A stretch of 62,741 nucleotides of DNA, filler included, from Chiloscyllium plagiosum (GCF_004010195.1; 3 parts of one record of this genome joined end to end with filler, not necessarily neighbours in it); one strand, 5' to 3'. Shown: positions 39,243 to 52,215, numbered from the whole stretch's first letter. The notes: generated by a model from the letters alone, not told the origin. Program-made: numbers and translations.

Positions 39243-40757
39243 TAGCATCTTTCAAACTATTAAGATAAAACTGGCTGTCTACTCCAGTCTGTCTGCCCAA
39301 CCTTACTAAGGTGTGGACAGGTTAACATGGGGGTCTTTGAACTATCAAAAGGTTCAATTGAACCTATATTGTTTATTTCCATATTAATGGGCTAACAATT
39401 CAGAACACGCCTGTTCTCCTTATTGTGGCATTGGTCTCTAGGCTGGGTGGATAGATGCTGGGCAGGGCACCCGTTCCATTTTACAACTTATCTTGCAGAG
39501 ACACATAATACTCAACATATAAAGTTCCCCATTCTCCTAATGCAGTGCAATTCAGTGACAGAAGTCAGTTTATTGACACATCACACATACCTAAGTACAG
39601 TGAAAAGCTTCAAATCTCTCTTTTCTCCACAAAACAGGTTTCGTCAATCTTTTTGGATGGGAGTCCGCATTTCATTTTCTCTCTGATTTGAGAGCAGAAA
39701 TTTCAGAAAGGAAAGGTTGGGAACAGCAGTAAACATGAATTTCAAATAAACAGTTCGAAACCAAAAATCTGAGTAAATATGAGTAATTTATAAAAATGAC
39801 CATCAAAAGATGCCAAATGGTTGAATTCTCTATTAAAGTCATGTTTGACACTTTGCTAAAGAAGGAAAGCTGGATAGAAACAGACTAGACTCAAGTCCTA
39901 GTCACCAGTGAGAACCGTAGGTTCTCGAACTAAGCGAAGGTGTTGCATTGAATTAACACCTGCCTTGCCTGTTCCCCTCTGTGTTGCACGCTGAGTTGGC
40001 CTCGGCAATATTCATGCAAAAGCAGTATCAGAAGTGAATCTTTTAGCCTGGTCTTCCAACTCTCACAGCCTGCTTTGTGATCTGCTTTTTTTGGAAAATG
40101 AGGATGGAAAACACGGGCTTTGTTTGGCTGAACAGGTCTCACTCGCTCAAAATAATGAGTTCAGCCACTTGGCATTTTTTGAGTTATTTTTATCAATTAC
40201 TTCTTTATCTAAATTATCAGATTTTTGGTTTGAAATTGTTTATTTGAAATGTTTCCTGTTGTTCTGAACATTTACATTCTGAAATTTCCATTTCCAAGTT
40301 AGAGCGAAAATGAAATGTGGGCTTCCATTCAAAAAGGTTCAACAAACCTGTTTTATCTCTAAAAGAAAGGTCTGAATGGAAGGATTCATATATAAAATTT
40401 GTCCAAGTAATCTAACTTCTATCATTGAGTTGCACTGCATGAGGAGGATGGGGAAATTTATAAGTTGAACATTGTGCCTCTACAAGATAGGTTTTCAGTA
40501 ATGGAGCGTGTGAAAGGGAATGGGTGCCCTACCCAGCATCTGTCCACCCAGCCTAGAGGTCAACCCTATAATACAGAGAATAGGTGTGTTCTGAAATTGA
40601 TAGCCTATCCATAATATGGAAATAAATAGTATAGGTTCAATTGAACCTTTGGTTAGCTCAACTGACTCCCAATATTAACCTGCCCATGCCTTATTAAAGT
40701 TGGACAGACAGACAGGAGTCGTCAGTCAGAGTTATCTTAAAAGTTTGAAAAATATTG
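39243..40757. mobile_element. 1.5-kb foldback / long-TIR non-autonomous DNA transposon with hAT-like ends
   Basis: About 39243-39833 is the reverse complement of about 40150-40757; termini TAGCATCTTTCAAAC and CAATATTTTTCAAAC resemble CAGTGTTTTTCAAAC. Confidence 0.85.
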
Positions 40758-40765
40758 TAGACATA

Positions 40766-40950
40766 GACACACACACACACTTTCTCTCTTCCTTACAAAC
40801 ACACTCACACTCCCCACACTCCTCTTACACAATCACTCACTCTTACACACACTCATAAAAATGCGCATTCATACTCTTTTACACACACTCACTCTTGCAT
40901 ACATGCACTCACAACACAAACATACACACTCCCACATACATATATACATT
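40766..40950. repeat. Degenerate (CA)/(CT) microsatellite
   Basis: ACACACAC/CACTC runs. Confidence 0.9.
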
Positions 40951-41499
40951 CAATATATTTGGCCCCTTTGCTATAGCCTGCAACTGCTATAAATAATTTG
41001 TTTTACCTACCCTACCCACATCCTTTCTGAATGTTAAAGTGAGTACATTTACTAAAATGTATCATCAATCAATTTGTGTTTGAAAATGCTCAGATATTCA
41101 AAGGACAAATTCGCAAATCCTGTTCTCCCATTTGAAAGGCACGCACAGTGGATATAAGCTGTGAACACTGTAGCATGAATTTTTTGACCTGTATTTCATT
41201 TGATTGTAGCATTAGCGGGTTCACTGTGTTGATATCGTTTATCAAGGGAGGAAATGAAAGCTTTCTGCATCATGATGAATGTGTGTGGCTGGACAACTTA
41301 ACTATCATTTATCACCTGTTGTGTAAGAATCAAGGTGAGGGATGTTTGTACTGAGAAGTGGAACAGTTTCCATTCCAGACATCCAATGTTAGCTTAGACT
41401 CAGAGCAACATTGTGCTCCAAGATTGTGCCTGCCACAGTTACTGTAAGGTATAACCCACTGCATCATCATGGTATGTGCTATTTCTGACTCCATGTCCC

Positions 41500-42245
41500 G
41501 CGATTGGTCATACAGCCATAGCGTGAACAGTACTGAAGCAGACTCTTCTGTCCAACACGTCCATGTTGACCAAGTTTTCTCATCTGAGCCAGTCCCATCT
41601 GCCTTTGTTTGACCGTACCCCTCTAAAACTTTTATGTTCATGTACCTGTCCAAATATCTTTTAAATTTTTAATTTAGGAGATTCAGGTACGTAATTCTTT
41701 GAGGTTTGCATCAAATAAAGATAAGTTGGTTAAGAAGATGTTTATCATGATTGCCTTCATTACTCAAACCTTTGAGTATAGGAGTTGGGATGTTATGTTG
41801 AGTTTGTACAGGACATTGGTGAGATTTCTCTTGGGGTACGGTGCCCAGTTCTGGTCATCCAGTTATATGAAGGATATCATTGCGCTGGAGAGGGTTCAGA
41901 AGCGATTTACCAGGACATTGCCAGGAATGGAGGGCTTGAATTATTGGGAGAGGCTGGATGCAGGTGCAGTTACAACTTTTGAAAAGACATTTAAATAAGT
42001 ACATGAATAAGAAATGTTTGGAAGGATATGGGCCAGGGCTCAGGCAGGTTAGACTTGTTTAGTTTGGTATTATGGTCAGCATGGACTGGCCGGACCAAAG
42101 GGTCTGTTTCCATGCTGTGTGACTCGATAAATGTCATAAGTGTACTTACCTCTATTACTTCCTCTGGCAGTTTGTTCCACATACACACTACACTTTTTTC
42201 ACACAAAGTTACCCCTCAAGTCCCTTTTAAATCTTTCCCTGTCAC
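41500..42245. mobile_element. Cluster of CR1 3' fragments in both orientations
   Basis: Plus 41710-42125 (EYRSWDVML, LERVQKRFTR, internally deleted) nested in a minus-strand tail (41500-41670, 42130-42245). Confidence 0.85.
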
Positions 42246-42639
42246 CTCAGAATATAGAATACAGAATATCCTTTATTGCCATATGTACACCAGCACAGAA
42301 GTACAGGAGTACAGTAAAAATCTTTTACAATGGCTGCCTCTAATGGCACCAGTTTAGGTACAAATACCTAGAGACAAATCTTCAATACAAAAGGTGAATA
42401 GAACAAAATTACTTACGAGCATTAGTTACAGTGTCTAAGAAATAAGTTGGAATTAAGTTAGTTATAATACAGTTAAAGGATTGACATTACACTCCAGTAA
42501 ATGATTTCAAATAACAGCAGCGCATCATAGGGTCTGACTGCCTGTGCCAGGCTCCAGTCCAACAACTGGCCAGTGTTCAAACCTTCAGGCCACTCCACAC
42601 CAGCATTCAGCTGCACTAAGGTAAGTTGCACTGCTCCAG

Positions 42640-43088
42640 CACTCGATCTCATGTTGCTCCAGGACTCGCTTCCCCTCACGTTGCTTTAGGGCTCAATTCC
42701 CTCGCACTGCTCCGGGACACATTTCCCCTTGTGCAGCACCAGGACTTGTTTTCCTCTCGCTGGTCCGGGACTCGTTTCCCTTGCGCAGCACCTGGACTGG
42801 TTTCCCCTCACGCTGCACCAGGACTCATTTCCCTTGCACTGAACCGGGACTCATTTCTCTCATGCTACTCCGGGACTTGTTACTCCTTCTGCTGCTCCGG
42901 GACTCATTTCCCCTTGTGCAACACCAGGACTCATTTACCTCATGCTGCTCTGGTACTCGCTTCCCCACATTCTGCACTGGTACTCATTTCCCTTGTGCTG
43001 CTCTGAGGCCTGTTTCCCTTGTGCTGCTCTGGGATTCATTTCCCTCACACTGATCAGGGACTGCTTTTCTGCATGCTGCTCCAGGACT
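42640..43088. repeat. About 27-bp minisatellite, about 16 diverged units
   Basis: Consensus approx. GCTCCGGGACTCATTTCCCCTTGTGCT. Confidence 0.9.
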
Positions 43089-43169
43089 GCCAAAAAGAGA
43101 GAGATTAAAAGAAAAGAAACAAATATAACAACTGGAGCAGAAGAGCTCCTAGTGGAGTATTCTACTATG

Positions 43170-43350
43170 CCGCCACCTTTTAACTCATGCCCTTTAGTTT
43201 TAAATTCGTCTACCCTGGGAAAAAGACCTTGGCTATTCACCTTATCGATGCCCTTCATGATTTTATAAACCTCTAAAAGGTCCCCACTCAGCGTCCTACA
43301 TTCAAGGAAAAAAGCTCCAAACTATCCAACCTCCCCTGAGAACTAAAATC
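43170..43350 (-). mobile_element. CR1 3' fragment
   Basis: MKGIDKVNSQGLFPRV..TKGH. Confidence 0.85.
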
Positions 43351-43351
43351 C

Positions 43352-45420
43352 TGGATGTAGGTTTGCTCGCTGAGCTGGAAGGTTCCTTTCCAAATGTTTC
43401 ATCACCATACTAGGTAACATCTTCAGTGAGCCTCCAAATGAAGCACTGGTGGTGTAGCCCGCTTTCTATTTATATGTTTGGGTTTCCTTGGGTTGATCAT
43501 GGCATTTCCTGTGATGACATCATTTCCTATGGTAATGTCATTTCCTGTTCTTTTTCTCAGGAGGTGGTAAATGGGATCTAAATGAATGTGTCTGTTGATA
43601 GTTGGAATGCCATGCTTCCTGTGAGTGTCTCTGTTTGGCTTGTCCTCGGATGGATGTGTTGTCCCAGTTGGAGTGGTGTCCTTCCTCATCGGTATGTAAG
43701 GATACTAGTGAGAGCTGGTCATGTCTTTTTGATGTTCATGTATCCTGGTAGCTAGTTTTCTGCTTATTTGTCCAATGTAGTGTTTGTTATAGTTCTTGTA
43801 AAGTATTTTGTAGATTACATTAGTTTTGTGTGTTGTCTGTATAGAGTCTTTCAAGTTCATTAGCTGCTGCTTTAGTGTGTTGGTGGGTTTGTGGGGTATC
43901 ATGATGCCAAGGGATTGGAGTAGTCTGGCAGTCATTTCTGAGATGTCTTTGATGTAGGGGAGAGTGACTAGGGTTTTGGATGTGTTTTGTCTGCTTGTTT
44001 GGGCTTGTTCCTCAGAAATCGAAGGACTGTGTTTGTTGGGTACCTGTTCATTTTGAATACACTATATAGGTGATTTTCCGCTGCGCTGCGTAGTTCCTCT
44101 GAGCTGCAGTGGGTGTTGGCTCATTAGAATAATGTTTAAATGCGGCTTCATTGCATGTTGGGATGATAGATTCTGGAGTTCAATATTTGGTCCATATGTG
44201 TGTTTTCCTGTAGACGCTGATTTGAAGTTCCCCATTGGCTGTTCATTCTACTGTGACATATAGGAATGGCAGTTTGTTGTTGTTTTCCTCCTCTTTGGTG
44301 AATTTTATGTAAGCAAAAGCTTTATTGATGGTCTTGAAGGATTTCTCTAATTTGTTTTGTTTAGTGATGACAAAGGTGTCATCCACGTAGCAGACCCAAA
44401 GTTTGGGTTGAATGGTTGGCAGAGGTGTTTGCTTGAGTTTCTGCGTTACTGCCTCAGCTAAGAACCCTGATATCTGAGATCCCATGGGTGTTCCTTTGGT
44501 TTGTGTGTAGGTTTTGTTATTGAAGGTGAAATGTGTGGTCAGGCATAAGTCCGATGGCTTCATGATGAGGTTGGTGGTGTTTGGTGTAGGTCTCTTTGGT
44601 TCTTCTAATAATGTAGTCAGTGTTCCCTTGGCCAGGTTGATGCTAATGGATGTGAACAGAGCTGTTACGTCAAAGGAGACCATTATTTAATCCTCTTCTA
44701 TCTTGGTGTCTTTGATGGTCTTCAGGAATTCTTGGGTGGAGTGGATAGAGTGGTATAAGTCTTCTACTAAGTGTTTTAATTTTTGGTGTGGTCCTTGGCC
44801 AATCTGTATGTTGGTGTTCCAGGTAGTGAGACTATGGGTCTGTGGGGGGCTCCTGGCTTGTGCATTTTGGGTAATCCATAGAAGCATGGTGTGTTGGATC
44901 CATCTGGTTTCATTGTTTGGAAGTCGCTCTCATTTATTTCTCCAGATTTCTGACGTTTTTTTGAGTAGGACTGTGATTCAGTTCTCGAGGTGTGGGGTCA
45001 GGTCTAACGCCACTTGTTGGTAAGTGTTGACATCTGCAAGTAGTGCATTTGCTTGGATGCGGACAAGAAAGATTTCTTAACAGCATCAGAAACAACACTG
45101 AAAGACAACCAACTCGCAGAAGAACCCCAGCAAACCAACAGACAGATAGTTGCACCAACATTAAGCAGGAAAAAGGAAGGAAACACACTCAATACACAAG
45201 AAAGGAAAGCACTAGAAAGACTAAAAAAAGATTGTTATCCTACCTGCAGACAGAGGACTCTTGACAGTCATCTTAAATCAAAGAGGCTACGTTGAGAAAG
45301 CAAATTCACCAACGAAGCTGCATTAGAACATTATTTCAATGAGCCAACACACACTGCAGCACAGAGGAACTATGCAGAGCAGAGGAAAATCACCTATACA
45401 GTATATTCAAAACACTGGGT
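43352..45420 (-). mobile_element. Penelope-like element (RT + GIY-YIG + pLTR), decayed and rearranged
   Basis: MVSFDVTALFTSI, GTPMGS.IS..LAE and YVDDTFVI (44243..44683); NVIYKI..HYIGQ..RKLATRIHEH (43705..43935); hammerhead remnant at 43393-43426; plus-strand pieces at 45045-45420. Confidence 0.92.
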
Positions 45421-45870
45421 TCAAAACATCCGATAGGGTCGGGCCAACATCCTTCACTGTTGCCACACCAGGGAGGTATAAAGTACACATCCACAGATGC
45501 TGACTAGAAATTAAGGCACCAGAAAGCCTGATCAATACTCTTCCAATACACAACACTCAAGCTGGTCGTAACTGGGTCCCCCTGAACGCTTGTGCCTTCC
45601 TTTGCCCTTGGTTTCCCTGTTCTCTGTAGCCGATAGCTGCTGGTTGCTGTTTAATTTAGTTTGGTCAATTTTCTGTCAGGTCCGATTTCTTTGGCTGTGA
45701 GTCAATTTAGAATGTCCAATTTTGGGCCTGTGGTTGCTTGATCACAGTGCCACAGTTTTTTGCAGATTTTCTCCATTTAAATAATGTTCATCTCCTCAAT
45801 TCTATGTGTCAAAATACATAATCTCACATTTTCCTACATTATATTACATCTGTCAAGGGTTAGCCTGGTT

Positions 45871-46795
45871 TCATAGAGTCTTAGAGTCCTACATCGCAGA
45901 GACAAACCCTTCAGCCCAAACTGGCCCACGCAGACCAAAATATCCACCCACGCTAACCCAATTTCCCTGCACCTATCCTTCTAAACCTTTCCTCAGCGTG
46001 TATTTATCCATATGCCTTTTAAATGTTGTTAATGTACCTGCCTCAACCACTTCCGCTGGCAGCTCAATCCATATGCATACCATCCTCTGTGTAAAGTTGC
46101 CCTTCATTTTCCCTTTTATTCTTTCCCCTCTAACCTTAAACTGATGCCCTCTAGTCTTGATTCCCCAATCCTGGGAAAAAGACTGAATGCATTCACCCAT
46201 CCGTGCCTCTCATGATCTTATACACTTCTATAAGATCCCCCTTCAGACTCCTACGCTCTAAAGATAAATGTCCTATCTTGTCCAACCTCTCCCTATAACT
46301 CAGACCATTGAGTCCTGGCAACATGTTAGGAAATTTATTTTGCACTTTTTCTTATTGTGTCAACATCTATCTGCAGATTATTCATGTCATCCTCAAAATT
46401 GACGTTCCCACCTATTTATGTCATCTGCAAATTTGGCTGCAGTGCATTCAGTTCTCTCATCCGTGACACTTCATTAGTTACAGGTTGTCATTCCATTGTA
46501 TAGTCTGCCAATACACTATCCATACTAACATACTACCGCCAAAATCATGAGCTCTTAATTTAAATAGTAACCTAATGTGTGGTACATTATTAAACTACCT
46601 TCTGGAAATTAAATATATTACATCCACTATTTTCCTTTTATCTCCCTGCTTGTTAACTCCTCAAAAGAATTCTAATAAATTAGTCAGGCATGATTTTCCC
46701 TTCATGACAACATGCTAACTTTGCTTGATCATATTAAGTATTTCTAAATACTATGCATTTATAATATACTTTAACATTTTCCTAATGACATTGTT
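45871..46795 (-). mobile_element. CR1 fragments (young tail 45871-46350 within an older RT piece)
   Basis: CATAGAGT tail, TRGHQFKVRG, WIELP; older FADD and [17 protein letters not shown]. Confidence 0.85.
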
Positions 46796-46979
46796 AGCAA
46801 TTATTCCTTGTTTATAGCTCATAATTTATTTGTAATCAAAAGGTTTTATCAGGAATAATAAGATTTATTAATTTACATTAATTAAGACAAAGCAAAGTAG
46901 GTGATGTGTTGTGGTGTAGTGTGTGGTGCATGATTGGCCCTAGTGTGAGCAAAGATGATCACTTCTGAGGAAAATATTT

Positions 46980-49960
46980 GTGTCTTGGCAGCTTCAGCTC
47001 AGAGTCATTTGAACTGGAGGCTGAGTAACAGATACTGTGATGCATTAGTGAGGGGTAAAGTTACTGAGGCAGGTGGCAAACTCGGTAGTTTGAAGAAGAA
47101 TATGTGATTTGGTCAGTGATCAGGAACAAGGATAATGACTGCATGTGAGGCAGACAATGGGGTCGAGAATGAAGAAGCTGTAGCCCTTGCAATTATCAAC
47201 AGGCTTGAGGTTCTTACAGCTTCTATGAAAGAGAGTGTGGACTGCAGGGTAGATGAACAAATTAACCTTGTCATCATTGGTAGAGGTAGCCATTCAAGTG
47301 AGGAGACTAAATAGGAATGCAATGATGTAAGGGGACTGTATAATCACAGGAATAGACACAACTCTGTGCAGCTGAGAGTATGTGTCTAGCATTTGCCTAA
47401 TGACAGAATTTATGACATTTTCCCTTGTGGTGAAGAGTTGGTTGCAGTGGTCATGGTCTACATGGGTATCAACAACATAGACAGGCTAAAAATAGATTGT
47501 ACTCATGAATTTTAAGCAACTGAAGAAAAAATGAAAAGGCAGAACTTTAAAGTTTATAAACTTTGGATTATCACCTGAGCAACTGCAAACTGATAGAAGG
47601 TAACTAAACTTGGAGAGACTGAACTGCAATAATGGCCAAAGTGGGAAGCTGGAAGATTGGGATGATGCTGAACCACCCTGTGATTGGTAGTCTAATGAGT
47701 TGCATAGCTAGCACAGTAGAAACTGCTTTAAATTAACAATGCAACCGGCGTAAAGGTAACCAGAATGTGACAGAAAGAGACTGAGACTTTAAACATAATA
47801 GAGAATCAGCAGATAAGGATTAAGATTGCATGAATGTTAAAAGGACAGAGTTAAATGTTCTGTAACTGAATGCATGTGACATTTTCATGAAATGTATGAA
47901 TTTTTAGCGTATGTAGAGATAAATATCTATCTCCTGATAGACAGTATAGAGATATGGCTGCAGGGTGACAAACAGGACATAAATATTTCAGGATATTTGA
48001 CATTCTGAAAACATAAGAAGTTAGGAATAGGTAGTGGGTATCTCTATTTATTGATAATATCATTAGTGAAGTAATGAGGAATAACTTTGTTTGCAACTTG
48101 TTGTGGGATCAGATTGTGTAGAGATAGCAAATATTAAAGGTAAAATGCCACTTGTAACTGTAGTTTACAGGCCCCTAAGAGTGGTTAGATAGTAGATCAG
48201 AATATAGAGGAAGAAATAACTGGGGCGTATAGGAAACAACACAATAGTCATGGGTGACTTCAAACAACATTAATCAGATTGGCAAAGGTAGCTTGAGGAA
48301 TGAGATCACATTGTATTTGAGACTATTTCCATGTGTTAGCTGGAAGCAAGATTTCTCGACCAGGTAATGAAAAATGAGACCAGACAGATCAATTACCAGT
48401 TAGTAAAGGAGCTTTGGGTGGTGGCAATCATAACAACATAATTTTATAATCAATTCAAAGCAGAATGTGTAATACTCAGACTAATACTTTAATCAGAACA
48501 AAGGTAATTATAAGGATAAAGAGGCAAAGCTCACTAAACTGAACTGGGAGATTGCTATAAAGAGTAGGACTGTGCAGATGACATCTCAGACACATAATGA
48601 GATAGTTAATAACTCTCAACAAAAAATTACCTAACTGAGAAAGAAGGAAGCTTTGAAAAGGATGCATGGGCTTTGGTTGAATAAGAAAGTTAAGGATAGT
48701 GTGAAATTGAAAGAAACACTGCAGAAATCTTCAAAGATTAGTGGTAGTAAGACATTTAGTCAGATTTTTAAGAATTAGGAATGAGTGTCTAAACACAAAG
48801 AGAGGGGAAAGTAAAGTATGAGAAAAAACTAGCTAGTAACATCAAAATATGGAATAAATATTTTTACAGGTCTTTAAATAGGGATAACGTAACTCAGGAT
48901 AGTGTTTGTTCTTTGGATAGTGAGTTTACAGAATTAATTATGGAAAGCAAGTGGTAAATCTAAAAATGGTCAGTTTTGAACAGAAATTTTGTGTTTGACT
49001 TCACTGTAGAAAATTTAGAAAAACCTCAAAATATTTGAAAATCAAGCAGTGAATGACAGGGAGAAACTGAAATCAATCACCATCGCTATAGAAAATATGT
49101 TAGGCAAGTTATTGAGATATAGGTTGACAAATCTGGTATGTTAAGTGTGCAGATGCAGCAGGTGATGAAGGCAAATGATATATTGATCTTCATCGCAAGA
49201 TGATTCAAATACAAAAGCAGGGATGTCTTATTACAATTATACAGAGCTTTGTTGAGACCACACCAGTTGTATTATGTGCATTTCTCATCTCCTTATCTCA
49301 TGAGGATGTTCTGATTATGGAGAGAGTGCAGCAAAGGTTTACCAGACTGATGCAGAGCTGATGAATGAAAAGAGACTGGATCAATTAAAACTATATTCTC
49401 TAGTTTGAATGGGGTGGGTTAGGGCGACAAAGAAACCTATAAAGCTCTAACAGGATGAGACAGTAGAAATGCAGGGAGAATGTTCTTGATGACTGGGGTA
49501 TACAGATGATGTGTCAGTTTAAGGGTAGGAGATAGGTCATTTAGGATTGAGGTGAGGAGCAATTTCTTCACCCAGAAAGTGGCAAACCTATGGTATTCTC
49601 TGAAACAAGTTAAATGGCATACAACACCAGGTGATAGTCCAACAGGTTTATTGCGAAGCACTAGCTTTCAGAATACTACTTGATGAAGGAATAGTATTCT
49701 GAAAACTAGTGCTTCCAAATAAACCTGTTGGACTATCACCTGGTGTTGTGTTATTTTTAACTTTGCACACCCCAGTCCAACACCAGCTCCTCCACATCAC
49801 AAAATAAACAATTGAGACCAAAACATGGAATGTTTCCAGGAAGGAGTTAGATATACTTTTCAGGGCTAAAAGGATCAAAGGGTAAGGGGAGAAAGCATAA
49901 TCAGCCATGATCATAATGAATGGTAGAGCAAGCTCAAAGAGCTGAATAACTTACTCTATG
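46980..49960 (+). mobile_element. Old, internally deleted CR1 (ORF1, EN, linker, 3' end)
   Basis: NRLEVL, VYRP, IVMGDF, LLQLYRALLRPH and RVQQRFTRL remnants. Confidence 0.8.
49620..49800. mobile_element. Palindromic pLTR mini-element (third family) inside CR1
   Basis: About 58-bp arms ACAACACCAGGTGATAGTCCAACAGGTTTA / TAAACCTGTTGGACTATCACCTGGTGTTGT around TTGATGA..GAAAACTA. Confidence 0.85.
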
Positions 49961-50545
49961 CTGCTTTTATTTTCTTGACCCAAACCTCAAATTCCCTAGT
50001 CATCCAGCATTCCCTGCAGCTACCAGTCTTGCCTTTCACCCTAACAGGAACATACTGACTCTGGTTTCTCATTTTTGAAGGCTTTTCATTTTCCAGCTGT
50101 CCCTTTACCTGCAAACATCTGCCCCCAATCAACCTTTGAAAGTTCTTGCCTATTACTGTCAAAATCAGCCTTCCTTCAATGTAGACCTTTAACGTTTGGA
50201 TAGAATAAAGAACAATACAGCATAGGATCAGGCCCTTCTGCCCTCCAAGACTGTGCCGACACATTTTGCCCTTCCATACGAAAACTGTACAGGTTCATTT
50301 ACAGGATCCGTATCCCTCTATTCCTTTCCTATTCATGAATTCATCCAAGTATTTATTGAATGCTGCTATTGTGTCTGCTTCCACCACCTCTTCTGGCAAC
50401 ACATTGTAGGCACTCACCACCCTTTGTTGAAAAACATGCCTCTCAAATCTCTTAAACTCCATCCCCCCTTGAACATGTGACCCTTGGTAATTAATCCCTC
50501 CATCCTGGGGAAAAATCCACAAAATTTCCACTCTATCCATAGCAT

Positions 50546-50895
50546 TCACAATTTTATAAACTTCCATCAGGTCACTCCCTCAACCTTCAGCATTCCAGTG
50601 AAAACAAACTCAGTCAAACTTTCTACATAGCTAAAATCCACCATACCAGGCAATATCGTGGTAAACCTTTTCTGTACCATCTCCAATGGCATCCATATCC
50701 TTTGGTAGTGTGGTAACAAGTCACAATTTTATAAACTTCTATCAGGTCACTCCCTCAACCTTCAGCATTCCAGTGAAAACAAACTCAATCAAACTTTCTA
50801 CATAGCTAAAATCCACCATACCAGGCAATATCGTGGTAAACCTTTTCTGTACCATCTCCAATGGCATCCATATCCTTTGGTAGTGTGGTAACAAG
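50546..50895. repeat. 175-bp tandem duplication within CR1
   Basis: 50546-50720 and 50721-50895 differ at about 2 positions. Confidence 0.95.
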
Positions 50896-51588
50896 GACTG
50901 AATGCAATATTCCAAGTGTGGTCTGACTAAAGTGCTATAAAGCTGCAGCATAACTTATCAATCCTTGTACTCAATGCCCCTTCCAATGAAGGCAAGCATG
51001 CCATAGACCTATTTTACTACCTTCTCTACCAGTGCTGTCTCCTTCAGTGATCTGCGGACCTACATATCTGGATCCCTCTGCATATCAATACTCCTGAGGA
51101 TTCTGCCATTCACTGTATAATTGCCACCTGTACTTGACCTTCCAAAATGCATCACCTCTCATTTGTCTGGATTAAACTCCATGTGTCATTTTTCTGCCCA
51201 CGCCTCCAACTGATCCGCTTTGACAATCCGCTTCACTATCCGCAACTCCACCAAATTATACATGTCTGCAATCTTGTTAATTAGACCAGTTACCTTCTCT
51301 ACAAAATAATTTATATAGATCACGAACAATAGAGATTCCAGCAGTGATCCTTGTGGAACACTACCAATGACAACCTTCCTAACCCTCTATCTCCTATGAC
51401 TAAGCCATATTCTATATTCATTCTGCCTGCTCATCCCTGAAACCATGTTGCTTCACTTATTGTACCAGTCTGCTAAGAGGCACCTTGTCAAAGGCTTTAC
51501 TGAAGTCCATGTAGACAACATCAACCGCTTTTCCCTCATCAATTATCTTAGTCGCCTCCTCAAAAAACTCAATTAAAAGTTAGTGAGA

Positions 51589-51901
51589 CATGACCTCCCC
51601 CACACAAAACCATGCTGTCCATCGCTCCATGACCTCCCCTGGACAAAGCCAGGCTGCCCATCGCTCCATGACCTCCCCTGTACAAAGCCAGGCTGCCAAT
51701 CGCTCCATGACCTCCCCTGTACAAAGCCAGGCTGTCCATTGCTCCAATGACCTACCCTGTACAAAGCCAGGCTGTCCATCACTCCATGACCTCCCCAACA
51801 CAAAGCCATGCTGTCCATCGCTCCAATGACCTCCTCTGTCCAAAGCCAGGCTGTCCATTGCTCCAATGACCTCCCCCACACAAAGCTGTGCTGTCCATCG
51901 C
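51589..51901. repeat. 39-40-bp minisatellite, 8 units, derived from a CR1 RT motif
   Basis: CATGACCTCCCCTGTACAAAGCCAGGCTGTCCATCGCTC; minus strand encodes repeated DGQ(H/P)GFVQGRSWS. Confidence 0.95.
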
Positions 51902-52215
51902 AATCAAGCTCATTTGCTTCTAAATGTTATAGGTCGTGTCCCTGAAACTGTTTTCCAATAATTTCCCTATCACTGTTGTGAGGCCCACAGGCCTGTAATT
52001 TCCAGAATTATCTCTGCTACCCTTCTTAAACCATGGGACAACATTAGCTATTCTCTCGTCCTCTGGGACCTCACCTGTGGCCAAAAATAATTTATAGATG
52101 TCTCCAGCAATTTGTTCTCATTCCTCCCGAAATATTCTGGAATAGATCGCTTCAGGACCCAGGGATTTATCTCCATTGATATTTTTTTAAATGGACAACA
52201 CCTCTTTTTAATAGC

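Noticed and set aside
42626..43053. Repetitive 126-aa and 90-aa ORFs
   Set aside because: By-product of a 27-bp minisatellite.
51589..51901. Regularly spaced repeats resembling a CRISPR array (also 7717-7930 and 42640-43088)
   Set aside because: Units are contiguous with no unique spacers, no cas genes, eukaryotic context.
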